Assembly: GCA_001725355.1 (NCBI GenBank)
Contig: MEGD01000038.1
Location: forward strand, 3,612-67,611
Source of the DNA: Novosphingobium sp. SCN 66-18
GTDB taxonomy: Bacteria; Pseudomonadota; Alphaproteobacteria; Sphingomonadales; Sphingomonadaceae
Reading direction: 5' to 3'
Length of the DNA: 64,000 nucleotides
In this document: positions 54,915-64,000 of the stretch, in pieces
How the letters are laid out: every line of letters begins with the position of its first letter
Numbering within the stretch: position 1 is the first letter of the stretch
The notes under the pieces: generated by a model
Database searches by the model: none
The model's input: only the letters and a program-made list of their open reading frames with translations
What the model was told of the DNA's origin: nothing
Made by a program: the position numbers and the translations under genes

Positions 54915-56924
54915 ATGTCCAGCATGGACGTGAAAACCGTGCTTCGCAAATTAGCCTCTACCGCGCTGGTCCTGCCGGGCCTCGCCGCATCTGTCGCCTG
55001 CCACGCGAGCGACAATGACGGCAGCGGTTGGGACCAGGCGCGCGCGCAACTGTCCGCCTCGCAGCAGGGGCCGATGTCGTTCGCCGTCGAACGCTGGAAG
55101 CTGCTGACCTCTTCCAACCGGTTCGCCTTCAACGATTATGCGGGCTTCGTGCTGTCCTACCCCGGCTTCCCGGACGAGGAAAAGCTGCGCCGCTATGCCG
55201 AAAGCGCGCTCGATCGGGATTTCGCGGAGCCAGCACGGCTGGTCGCGTTCTTCGACCGGGAGCCGCCGCTCACCAACCCCGGCCGCGCGCAATATGCGCT
55301 GGCGCTGCAAGCGCTGGGCCGGCCCGAGGCGGCGCAAGTGGCCCGGGCGGCCTGGCGCGGGGGAGCGATGAGCGATTCGGCCGAATCCTCGCTGCTGGCG
55401 GCCTGGGGCAACACCTTCACGCAGGACGATCATGACGCGCGCATGGACGCGCTGCTGTGGGCCGGCGCGGCAGGTCAGGCCGCGCGCGAACTCGCCTGGG
55501 TTTCGCCCGCGCGCCGTCCGATCGACGCGGCGCGCCTTGCCGCGCTGCAGGGAACCGATCCCTATGCCGCGGCCGCCGGCATCAGCGGGCAAGTGCTGAA
55601 CAGCGATCCCGGCTTCGTCTACCAGCGCGTGCGCCAGTTGCGAAAGAACGGCGATGGCGCTTCGGCGCGCGCGCTGCTCGCGGGCCGCCCGCCGCTCGCG
55701 CGCAAGCCGCTGGATCGCGCCAAGTGGGTCGACGAACTGCTGATCAACGCGCGCGGCGCGGCTTCGGCCGGCGATACCCGCAGCACGGTGCGAATCGCGG
55801 CGGGAATCGACGATGCGTTCGATCAGGGCGAGGACGTCAGCCAGATGCCCTACGACCTGCGCGACGATTACACATCGCTGATGTGGCTCGGCGGCACGCA
55901 GGCGCTGTGGAACCTGGGATCTGGCAGCGACGCGGCCCCGCTGTTCTATCGCTATGGCGCCGCCGCGCGCACCCCGGGCACGCGATCCAAGGGATTCTAC
56001 TGGGCCGGCCTCGCCTCGGCGCAAGCGGGGCGTGGGCCTGACGCGCAGCGCTATTTCGCCATGGCTGCGCAATATGCCGATCAGTTCTATGGCCTGCTCG
56101 CGCTGGAACGGCTGGGCAAGCCGGTGCCGCGCTTTGCCGTGGATTCGACCGCGCAACCGACGCCGGACGAGCGCGCCCGCTTCCAGAACGCGCCGATCAC
56201 GCAAGCCGTGCGCGAAGTGGCCCGCAATGCCGACTGGCGCACCACCGTCCGCTTCTTCAAGGAAATCGCGGAACAGCAGCAGAGCGAAGGGCAGCACATG
56301 CTGGTCGCCGATCTTGCCCGCTCGCTGGGCCGGCGCGATCTGGGCGTGATCGTGGGGCAAGCCGCCGGCGCGCGCGGCTACCTCGATTTCCAGCACATCG
56401 CCTTCCCGCTGATTCCCGTGCCCGACAACAGCCGCGATACCTGGACGATGGTCCACGCCATCACCCGGCAGGAAAGCCAGTTCGCGCAGAACGCGATCAG
56501 CCACGCCGGCGCGCGCGGGCTGATGCAGCTGATGCCCGGCACCGCCAACGAACAGGCCGGAAAGCTGGGCCTTTCGTTCAATTCGCAGGCGCTGATCGAC
56601 GATGCCGGATTCAACATCCAGCTTGGATCGGCCTATTTCCAGCGACTGATGAGCTACTACAACGGCAGCTATCCGCTGGCCGTGGCCGCCTACAACGCGG
56701 GCGCGGGCAACGTGAACAAGTGGCTGCGCGCCAATGGCGATCCTCGCACCGGCGGCATCGCCTGGGTGGACTGGCTGGAGCGCATCCCGATTTCGGAAAC
56801 GCGCAACTACGTCCAGCGCGTGCTGGAAAACGCGGTGGTCTATGAAGCGATGAACCCGGACAAGGCCAGCTACACCGGCCCCAATCCGATGAGCCACTTC
56901 CTCGGCAAATCGTCTCCGGGCTGA
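54915..56924 (+). CDS. soluble lytic transglycosylase (Slt70-like)
   Basis: RQESQF, GLMQLMP, AAYNAG, ETRNYVQRV. Confidence 0.92.
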   Translation: MSSMDVKTVLRKLASTALVLPGLAASVACHASDNDGSGWDQARAQLSASQQGPMSFAVERWKLLTSSNRFAFNDYAGFVLSYPGFPDEEKLRRYAESALDRDFAEPARLVAFFDREPPLTNPGRAQYALALQALGRPEAAQVARAAWRGGAMSDSAESSLLAAWGNTFTQDDHDARMDALLWAGAAGQAARELAWVSPARRPIDAARLAALQGTDPYAAAAGISGQVLNSDPGFVYQRVRQLRKNGDGASARALLAGRPPLARKPLDRAKWVDELLINARGAASAGDTRSTVRIAAGIDDAFDQGEDVSQMPYDLRDDYTSLMWLGGTQALWNLGSGSDAAPLFYRYGAAARTPGTRSKGFYWAGLASAQAGRGPDAQRYFAMAAQYADQFYGLLALERLGKPVPRFAVDSTAQPTPDERARFQNAPITQAVREVARNADWRTTVRFFKEIAEQQQSEGQHMLVADLARSLGRRDLGVIVGQAAGARGYLDFQHIAFPLIPVPDNSRDTWTMVHAITRQESQFAQNAISHAGARGLMQLMPGTANEQAGKLGLSFNSQALIDDAGFNIQLGSAYFQRLMSYYNGSYPLAVAAYNAGAGNVNKWLRANGDPRTGGIAWVDWLERIPISETRNYVQRVLENAVVYEAMNPDKASYTGPNPMSHFLGKSSPG

Positions 56925-56930
56925 TTTGGA

Positions 56931-57069
56931 TTCGCGCAGAGAACGCAAAGAGCGCGGAGATCACGCGCCGACCGGCGAAGCCCCTTTATCATCAAAGGTT
57001 CAGGCTTTGGACGGTTTTTGGGGCCTTCGGCCTTTCCCATCTCCGCGCTCTCCGCGTTCTCCGCGCGAA
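56931..57069. repeat. REP/MITE-like element with 31-bp inverted arms built from 9-nt GCGGAGA-type units
   Basis: 56931-56961 versus reverse complement of 57039-57069, three mismatches. Confidence 0.8.
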
Positions 57070-57114
57070 CCAATTCTTCTTTCCAGACACGACGCTTCGG
57101 CTAATACCGCATCG

Positions 57115-57603
57115 ATGAAACCAGACGGCAATCCCATCACCCCCGCCGGCCTCGCCGCGCTGCGCGCGCGGTACGATCACCTGCTGGGCACCGAACGCCC
57201 GCAGATCGTCGAGGTGGTGAGCTGGGCGGCCGGCAACGGCGACCGCTCCGAGAACGGGGACTACCTCTACGGCCGCAAGCGGATGCGCGAGATCGACCGC
57301 GAACTGGCGTGGCTGGCGCGGCGGATGAAGGCCGCGCGCGTGGTCGATCCGGCGCGGCAGGAAGACCGTTCGCGCGTACTGTTCGGCGCCACCGCCGAGA
57401 TCGCGGACGAGGACGACAACCGCAAGGTGCTGACGCTGGTGGGCGATGACGAACAGGACGCCAGCGCCGGCCTGATCGGCTGGAGCGCCCCGATCGCGCG
57501 CGCCCTGCGCGGCGCGCGGGTGGGCGATCTGCGCGTGGTGCGGCTGCCCGGCGGCGAGAAGGAGTGGGAAATCGTCTCCATCTCCTACCCCGATCCCGCC
57601 TGA
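57115..57603 (+). CDS. greB: transcription elongation factor GreB
   Basis: VSWAAGNGDRSENGDYLYG, REIDR. Confidence 0.93.
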   Translation: MKPDGNPITPAGLAALRARYDHLLGTERPQIVEVVSWAAGNGDRSENGDYLYGRKRMREIDRELAWLARRMKAARVVDPARQEDRSRVLFGATAEIADEDDNRKVLTLVGDDEQDASAGLIGWSAPIARALRGARVGDLRVVRLPGGEKEWEIVSISYPDPA

Positions 57604-57643
57604 CCCCTTGGAATGTGTCGCGCTTTGCTGATACCAGCGGCGC

Positions 57644-58285
57644 ATGAAATCCGGCCGCTTCTTCATCATGCGCCACGGCGAAACGGTGTACAACGCCTCC
57701 GCCCGGCTCCAGTCCAACCACATCCACACGCCGCTCACCCGGCAAGGATTCGAACAGGCGCTGGCCATGGGCAAGGCGCTGCGCGAGGAACTGGGCGCGC
57801 GGCCGCCGGTGGTGCTGCACATCTCGGAAACCGGGCGCGCGCTGCAGACCGCGGCGATCATCGCCGAGGCGCTGGAGCTCGACTGGTTCGAAGCACGCCG
57901 GTCGAACGCGCTCAAGGAAATCGACATGGGATCGTGGTGCGAACGCCGCTACGCCGATGTGGAAGCGGAGGAAGGGCCGGTGATCCTGGCCGACCACCTG
58001 CTGCGCCCCGCTCCCGATGGCGAGGACTATCCCGCCATCGCCAACCGGCTGGAATGCTGGCTGGACGCCATCGAGTACGAAGGGCTGGCCGACGGGCGCG
58101 ATCACATCGTGGTGATGCACGGCATCTCCAGCCGCGTGCTGCGCGGAATGATGGCCGGCTATCCGGTCCATCCCGATCATGGCGTGCCGATCGCGCCGTC
58201 GCTGGTCCAGGGATCGGTGGCGCTCATCGAAAACGGCCGGGAACGGGTGCTGTTCGGCGCCGAACGCGGCATCGAGCACGCCTGA
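57644..58285 (+). CDS. histidine phosphatase family protein
   Basis: RHGET, LKEIDMG, MHG. Confidence 0.88.
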   Translation: MKSGRFFIMRHGETVYNASARLQSNHIHTPLTRQGFEQALAMGKALREELGARPPVVLHISETGRALQTAAIIAEALELDWFEARRSNALKEIDMGSWCERRYADVEAEEGPVILADHLLRPAPDGEDYPAIANRLECWLDAIEYEGLADGRDHIVVMHGISSRVLRGMMAGYPVHPDHGVPIAPSLVQGSVALIENGRERVLFGAERGIEHA

Positions 58286-58476
58286 TGGGCGATGTCGTCA
58301 ACCTGCGCCTCGCCCGCAAGGCCAAGGCCCGCGATGCGGCGCAAGGGCAGGCGGCGTCCAACCGCGCGAAGTTCGGCCGGACCAGAGCGGAAAAGCAACG
58401 CGATGCGTTGGAGGCGGCGCGCGCGGAACGCCTGCTCGATGGGGCGCTACGCGACACCGGGCGCGAGACGGACTGA
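58285..58476 (+). CDS. DUF4169 family protein
   Basis: VVNLRLARK, NRAKFGRT; TGATG overlap. Confidence 0.82.
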   Translation: MGDVVNLRLARKAKARDAAQGQAASNRAKFGRTRAEKQRDALEAARAERLLDGALRDTGRETD

Positions 58477-58679
58477 TGCGCACCACCCATGACGACGCGA
58501 CGGTGCGGCTCTACCATCTGGATGGCGGCCCCGAAGGCGGCGCGGCGGAAACGCTGTTCTACGGTCCGCTGGCGAAGGCGCTGGACATCGCCGCCGCGCA
58601 GTCCGAAGCGGTGCAGGACGGCCTGTTCCTCGCCACCGACAACGACGTGATCGCCTATCTCGACCTGATCGGGGAATAG
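58476..58679 (+). CDS. small hypothetical protein
   Basis: TGATG coupling, typical codon usage. Confidence 0.65.
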   Translation: MRTTHDDATVRLYHLDGGPEGGAAETLFYGPLAKALDIAAAQSEAVQDGLFLATDNDVIAYLDLIGE

Positions 58680-58683
58680 GCTC

Positions 58684-59196
58684 TTGCGCCGCCGTCTGCT
58701 CCCTGTCTGGCTGCTTCTCCCTCCCTGCCTTATCGGCCTGCTGCCCGCCGCGCCGGTCACGGCGCGCGACAGCCTGGGCATCTGGAACGACTGGGGCGCT
58801 TTCCGCGATGCCGCGGTGCCGCGCTGCTACGCCATCGCCATGGCGCAGCCGGTTGCGGGCCGCCCGCGCGATTTCCAGCCGTTCTTCACCGTCGGCATCT
58901 GGCCCCGGCGCAATGCCCGCAACGAAATCCACATCCGCCTTTCGCGCCGGATCGGGCCAAGCGGCCGCGCGGTGCTGTCGCTGGGTGGCCAGTCGTTCGA
59001 ACTGGCGACCGGACAGGCCGACGCCTGGGCGCAGGACCTGCGCATGGATGCGGCGATCGTCGCCGCGCTGCGATCGGGGCGTGAAATGACAGTCTCTGCG
59101 CGCGGGCGTGACGGCCGGCTGTTTCGCGATACCTACCGCCTTGCCGGGGCGGCCAGCGCGATGGACGCCGCCGCGCTGGGATGCGCCGGCCGGTAA
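58684..59196 (+). CDS. secreted IalB-like protein
   Basis: Signal peptide, WGAF..CYA, DTY.L.G...A.D...C. Confidence 0.7.
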   Translation: MRRRLLPVWLLLPPCLIGLLPAAPVTARDSLGIWNDWGAFRDAAVPRCYAIAMAQPVAGRPRDFQPFFTVGIWPRRNARNEIHIRLSRRIGPSGRAVLSLGGQSFELATGQADAWAQDLRMDAAIVAALRSGREMTVSARGRDGRLFRDTYRLAGAASAMDAAALGCAGR

Positions 59197-59224
59197 GCAG
59201 GCCCCGCACAACCTTTCATACATG

Positions 59225-59255
59225 AAAAAGCGGGCCGGAGTTTCCCCCGGCCCGC
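59225..59255 (-). terminator. terminator between convergent genes
   Basis: A5 then gcgggccgg...ccggcccgc. Confidence 0.65.
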
Positions 59256-59289
59256 CCTTCCCGCCCGCAAGCGGATCAACCTGCTTGCA

Positions 59290-59964
59290 TCAGAAGCGCA
59301 GGCCGTAGGTCACCGCGATCTGGTGACGGTCGGTATCCACGTTGAAGCGGCTGCTGTCCGGCGTCTGGCCGCCGAAATCGAACTCGCCCTTGCCGTAGTG
59401 CGAATAGCGGTATTCGATCCGGCCGAAGGTCTTCGGGCTGAACGCATATTCCAGACCGCCGCCGACGCGGTAGCCGTCGAGGTCGATCCTCTGGTCCAGC
59501 GTGGTCGTGCCATCGCTGCCAAGCACGCCGTAACGGGCGTTGGTGTAACCGCCCTTCACGTACAGCAGCGTCTTGGGCGACATTGCATAACCGACCCGGG
59601 CGCCGACATAGACGTCGCGGCCGGCCGAAACACGGCCCAGGTTGAACGTGTTGGGCCGCGCGCCCTGGGCGGTCCACTTCGCGGTGCTGTCGGTCAGTTC
59701 CGCATCGGCACCGACGACAAGGTTGCTGCCCAGCGGGACATCATAGCCGATCTCGCCACCATAGAGCAGGCCATCGATCGACTGCTTGAAATTGCGGGTA
59801 TTGTCGATGTCGACGCTGCTGCCCGACCGGCTCTTGTCGTAGCCCAGCGTCACGCCGACGCGCGGGCCCTTGAAGGTTTCCGAAGGGGCAGCCTCCTGCG
59901 CGGACGCGGGGGCTGCCAGCGCAAGCGCGGTGCCGGTGGCGAGGATGGCGCAGATAGTCTTCAT
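59290..59964 (-). CDS. outer-membrane beta-barrel (Omp25/RopB-like) protein
   Basis: Signal peptide ASA, GARVGY, IEYRYS, terminal GLRF; RBS ggag. Confidence 0.88.
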   Translation of the reverse strand: MKTICAILATGTALALAAPASAQEAAPSETFKGPRVGVTLGYDKSRSGSSVDIDNTRNFKQSIDGLLYGGEIGYDVPLGSNLVVGADAELTDSTAKWTAQGARPNTFNLGRVSAGRDVYVGARVGYAMSPKTLLYVKGGYTNARYGVLGSDGTTTLDQRIDLDGYRVGGGLEYAFSPKTFGRIEYRYSHYGKGEFDFGGQTPDSSRFNVDTDRHQIAVTYGLRF

Positions 59965-60238
59965 TGTTCACTCCATTCGCTTGTTGTCTGTCGGCTTTGC
60001 GACCCGACAGGACTTCTCGAATGGATGAAGAGGCCGCTTGTTTCATGAACCTAACACAACGAAAATGCTGCGATATTTTTACAACACTCCGTGCGATGAG
60101 CCCCCCTGTGCACGGGACGGACGGGGGAACCCGTCAGCCCCCGTCACGTTCGCGCGCGTGGGGCCGATAATTCCACCGTCGATATTCGCATTTCCCTCAG
60201 GACTGGCGATTTCGGGGAAAATCCGTATATGGCCAGCC

Positions 60239-61486
60239 ATGACAGCCACTCCGATCATGCCGATCCCCGGACACGTCGATCCGGTTCCCGTCCCCCGCGA
60301 GGTCACGCCACGTGCTGACGGGCGCATCGATCTGATCGGCCTTCCCCGCCCCCGCATCGCCGAACTCTTCGCCGAGGCCGGGCTGGACGCCAAGGCGGCC
60401 AAGCTGCGCGCCAAGCAGGTGTTCCACTGGCTGTACCACCGCGGCGTCACCGATTTCGACGCGATGACCGACATCGCCAAGACGATGCGCCCCTGGCTGG
60501 CCGAACGCTTCGTGATCGGCCGGCCCGAGATCGTCACCGCGCAGGTCTCCAGCGATGGCACGCGCAAGTGGCTGCTCCAGACGGCGGACGGCCATGACTT
60601 CGAGATGGTGTTCATCCCCGATGCCGACCGGGGCACGCTCTGCGTCTCCAGCCAGGTGGGCTGCACACTCAACTGCCGCTTCTGCCACACCGGCACGATG
60701 CGCCTTGTCCGCAACCTGACGCCGGGCGAGATCGTCGGCCAGGTCATGCTGGCGCGCGACGCGCTGGGCGAATGGCCCAAGGGATCGATGGCGGGCCTCG
60801 AGGAAGACGAGGACGAACGCACCTATACCTCGGACGGACGCCTGCTCACCAACATCGTGATGATGGGCATGGGCGAACCGCTCTACAACTTCGACAACGT
60901 GCGCGATGCGCTGAAGCTGGTGATGGACGGCGACGGCCTTGCCCTGTCGAAGCGGCGCATCACCCTCTCCACCAGCGGCGTGGTGCCGATGATGGAGCGC
61001 TGCGGCGAGGAGATCGGCGTCAATCTGGCCGTCTCGCTCCATGCCGTGACCAAGGACGTGCGCGACGAGATCGTGCCGATCAATCGCAAGTTCGGGCTCG
61101 ACCAGCTGCTGCAGGCCTGCTCCGACTACCCGGGTGCCTCCAACGCCCGGCGCATCACGTTCGAATACGTGATGCTGAAGGACAAGAACGACAGCGACGA
61201 CGACGCGCGCGAACTCGTCCGCCTGATCCGGCAGTACAAGCTGCCCGCCAAGGTCAACCTGATCCCGTTCAATCCCTGGCCCGGCGCACCCTACGAATGC
61301 TCGACGCCGGAGCGGATCAAGCGCTTTGCCGAAATCGTGTTCGAAGCCGGCATCAGCGCCCCGGTGCGCACCCCGCGCGGCCGCGACATCGATGCGGCCT
61401 GCGGCCAGCTCAAGACCGCCGCGCAGAAGATGAGCCGCGCGGAACTCGACCGGCTGGCGGACGAAAAGCAGGCGGCGCTCGGCTGA
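60239..61486 (+). CDS. rlmN: 23S rRNA m2A2503 methyltransferase
   Basis: [31 protein letters not shown]. Confidence 0.96.
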   Translation: MTATPIMPIPGHVDPVPVPREVTPRADGRIDLIGLPRPRIAELFAEAGLDAKAAKLRAKQVFHWLYHRGVTDFDAMTDIAKTMRPWLAERFVIGRPEIVTAQVSSDGTRKWLLQTADGHDFEMVFIPDADRGTLCVSSQVGCTLNCRFCHTGTMRLVRNLTPGEIVGQVMLARDALGEWPKGSMAGLEEDEDERTYTSDGRLLTNIVMMGMGEPLYNFDNVRDALKLVMDGDGLALSKRRITLSTSGVVPMMERCGEEIGVNLAVSLHAVTKDVRDEIVPINRKFGLDQLLQACSDYPGASNARRITFEYVMLKDKNDSDDDARELVRLIRQYKLPAKVNLIPFNPWPGAPYECSTPERIKRFAEIVFEAGISAPVRTPRGRDIDAACGQLKTAAQKMSRAELDRLADEKQAALG

Positions 61487-61592
61487 AGGAACAGGCCGGT
61501 TCAGCCGATCCGGTCTATCTATCGGGTTTGCGGCGCAATTTCCTGTCCCCAATCCGGCTAACCATCGTTAGGCTGCGCCCTCGAACACCAAA

Positions 61593-62927
61593 ATGAGGTC
61601 GCCCGCGATGTCGATGCTGCTGCTGGACCGCGTGCTCAGGCGGATCATCCGCCGGGGTACGCTTACCCTGACCGACCATGCGGGCAAGGTCCGCACCTAT
61701 GGTACGGCGGAGCCCGGCTGGCCCGATCTTGGCCTGCGCCTGCTGGACGCCGGTGTGCCCGGCTATATCGCGCGGCATCCCACGCTGGGCCTGGCCGAAA
61801 CCTTCATGGACGGCCGTGTCGCGATCGAGGGCGGCGACATCCTGGACTTCATCACCTTCGCGCGGCGCAACAACCCGTGGGAGCGCTCGGGCGATTTCGA
61901 GGCCAAGGGACTGGTGGGCCGGATCGCCGAGCGCGTCCTCAGCCGGATCGACCAGATCAACCAGCGCACCGGCTCGCGCCGCAACGTGGCGCATCACTAT
62001 GACCTGGGCGATCCGCTCTACGACCTGTTTCTCGATGCCAGCCGGCAGTATTCCTGCGCCTACTGGGCGGATGGCGTCACCACGCTGGAACAGGCGCAGA
62101 TCGCCAAGATGGACCACATCGCCGCCAAGCTGGCGCTAAAGCCGGGGATGCGCGTGCTCGACATCGGCTGCGGCTGGGGCGGCCTGGCGCTGCACCTGCA
62201 CCGGGTGGCCGGCGTCGAAGTCCACGGCGTGACGCTGAGCAAGGAGCAGATCGCCTATGCCAAGGCCTGGGCCGAACGCGAGGGCGTGGCGGACAAGGTG
62301 ACCTTCGGCCTCACCGATTATCGCGACGTGACCGGGCGGTTCGACCGGATCGTCTCGGTCGGCATGTTCGAGCATGTCGGCGCGGCCAACTTCCCCGCCT
62401 TCTTCCGCAAGTGTCACGATCTCCTGGCAGACGAGGGCGTGATGCTGCTCCACACCATCGGCCGCTCCGATCCGCCCGGCGGCACTGATGCCTTCACCCG
62501 GAAATACATCTTCCCCGGCGGCTACATCCCGGCGATGAGCGAGACGCTGGCCGCGATCGAGCCGCACAAGCTGATGCTGGGCGATATCGAAATTCTGCGC
62601 CGGCACTATGGCCTGACCATCCGCGAATGGTACAAGCGCTGCGCCGCCAACCGCGCCCGGATCGTGGAACTCTATGACGAGCGGTTCTACCGCATGTGGA
62701 TGTTCTATCTGGCCGGCGCCGCCACAGCCTTCGAATATGGCGGACTCGTCAACTTCCAGTTCCAGATCATCCGCAACCGCGATGCCGTGCCGCTGACGCG
62801 CGATTACATCGGCAGGGCCGAAGCGGAGATGCGTGCCGCACGCGACAGCACCTCCGCCCCCGATCCCTGTGGAGCGTCAGCGCTTCACTTGCCGGAAAGT
62901 TCCCTGACCAGCGCCGGAGCGGGGTAA
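61593..62927 (+). CDS. cfa: cyclopropane-fatty-acyl-phospholipid synthase
   Basis: HHYDLG, QYSCAYW, DIGCGWG, SVGMFEHVG, YIFPGG; start may be 61608 or 61614. Confidence 0.9.
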   Translation: MRSPAMSMLLLDRVLRRIIRRGTLTLTDHAGKVRTYGTAEPGWPDLGLRLLDAGVPGYIARHPTLGLAETFMDGRVAIEGGDILDFITFARRNNPWERSGDFEAKGLVGRIAERVLSRIDQINQRTGSRRNVAHHYDLGDPLYDLFLDASRQYSCAYWADGVTTLEQAQIAKMDHIAAKLALKPGMRVLDIGCGWGGLALHLHRVAGVEVHGVTLSKEQIAYAKAWAEREGVADKVTFGLTDYRDVTGRFDRIVSVGMFEHVGAANFPAFFRKCHDLLADEGVMLLHTIGRSDPPGGTDAFTRKYIFPGGYIPAMSETLAAIEPHKLMLGDIEILRRHYGLTIREWYKRCAANRARIVELYDERFYRMWMFYLAGAATAFEYGGLVNFQFQIIRNRDAVPLTRDYIGRAEAEMRAARDSTSAPDPCGASALHLPESSLTSAGAG

Positions 62928-64000
62928 ATCTTTTCCAGCGCCTGCTGCACCGCCGCTGTGCTCACCACCACGGTGCGGTTCACGTCGGGCTGGTAGCCGT
63001 AGTTACCGCCCAGCGAATGGATATTGCCATCGAACGCGGCGCCGATCACCGCGCCGTCCTTGTCCACCACCGGCGAACCCGAATTGCCGCCAATGATGTC
63101 GTTGGTCGTCACGAAGTCATAGGGCGTGGACTTGTCGATCTTCGCTTCGTTGGCGACGAACGCCTTGGCCAGCACGAACGGATCGGCCCCCGTGGCGCGC
63201 GCGAACGCGCCGCCCATGGTCGTTACCGGGGCCACGTCCTGCCCGCGCTCCTTCCAGCCCGCGACCTTGCCGTAGCTGATGCGCAGCGTGAACGTGGCAT
63301 CCGGATAGATGCTGTCGCCATAGGCGGCGAAGCGCGCATCGGCGAGCTTCGCCCCGGCGGCCGCCAGCGGCCCCTGATAGCGTTCGTCGACCTGCTTCTG
63401 GAGTTCGCGATCGCGCGCGTCGAGCTGGCGGGCATAGGCGATCAGCGGATCGGTCGAGGCGTCGATCGCCGCCTTGCCGCCCTGCCACAGCGCCTTGCGC
63501 ACCGCCGGATCGGCCAGCGTGGTGCCGCCCACCAGCCGCGCCGCCAGCCCTTCGGGTGATTCCCGGCCCAGCATCAGCCTGGTTTGCGCATCGTCCGCGC
63601 CCAGCGCCTCGCGCGCCTTGGACAGGCTCCATTCCAGCTTCAACTGCTCCAGCCAGGGATAGATCGGCCGTTCGTCCAGCACTTCCTTTTCCAGCAGGGG
63701 CAGCTGCGAATCGGTGAAGCCGGGCAGCCGCTCGGCATTGGGCTTGGCCCGTTCGTCCGCCGCGCGCACCAGCGACTGCGCGTAATCGTAAAGGTCGCTC
63801 ATCGGGTGGATGAAGCGATAGGGCAGGTAGAGATCGCGATAGGCGCCGACGGCCTTGGCGACGTCGCCCCACGGATTGCCGATCGCGGCGTTGCCGGCGG
63901 CCTTCGCCTCGAGCGCGGCTTCGTTATCGGCCAGCACCTTGACGAACGCCGGATCGTTCAGCGCCTGCTCGCGGCCGATGAACACCTTGAGGGTGTTCTC
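62885..64000 (-). CDS. S46 dipeptidyl peptidase, 3' part (5' end outside window)
   Basis: YPDATFTLRISYG, DIIGGNSGSP, FDGN. Confidence 0.92.
   Translation of the reverse strand, partial: ENTLKVFIGREQALNDPAFVKVLADNEAALEAKAAGNAAIGNPWGDVAKAVGAYRDLYLPYRFIHPMSDLYDYAQSLVRAADERAKPNAERLPGFTDSQLPLLEKEVLDERPIYPWLEQLKLEWSLSKAREALGADDAQTRLMLGRESPEGLAARLVGGTTLADPAVRKALWQGGKAAIDASTDPLIAYARQLDARDRELQKQVDERYQGPLAAAGAKLADARFAAYGDSIYPDATFTLRISYGKVAGWKERGQDVAPVTTMGGAFARATGADPFVLAKAFVANEAKIDKSTPYDFVTTNDIIGGNSGSPVVDKDGAVIGAAFDGNIHSLGGNYGYQPDVNRTVVVSTAAVQQALEKIYPAPALVRELSGK

Overview
High-GC alphaproteobacterial chromosomal window. Gene content and order (cpdR-tRNA-Val, cckA-recA-alaS, SIMPL, many sphingomonad-type secreted proteins) suggest a sphingomonad such as Novosphingobium; this is an inference. 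It is mostly housekeeping genes: purB, pyrF, trpF/B/A, accD, folC, rsmD, uvrD, a DEAD-box helicase, cpdR, icd, alaS, recA, cckA, smpB, dapA, slt, greB, rlmN and cfa. Points of interest: (1) a tightly overlapped four-gene operon (39945-43009) pairing a membrane-anchored arylsulfotransferase with a cytoplasmic PAPS-type sulfotransferase and a tiny Tyr-tipped membrane peptide, a candidate trans-membrane sulfate relay; (2) a DUF559 nuclease bracketed by 36-bp palindromic inverted repeats inside the trpB-trpA junction, with related solo repeats elsewhere and two further unrelated inverted-repeat elements; (3) two candidate unannotated structured RNAs (about 4227-4330 minus, about 24929-25030 plus); (4) an FAD oxidoreductase frameshifted by an exact 11-bp tandem duplication; (5) a shared operator-like motif linking a haloalkane dehalogenase and an MBL hydrolase to a nearby TetR. 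No CRISPR array, rRNA, transposase or integrase was seen. All protein calls rest on motif recognition, not database searches.
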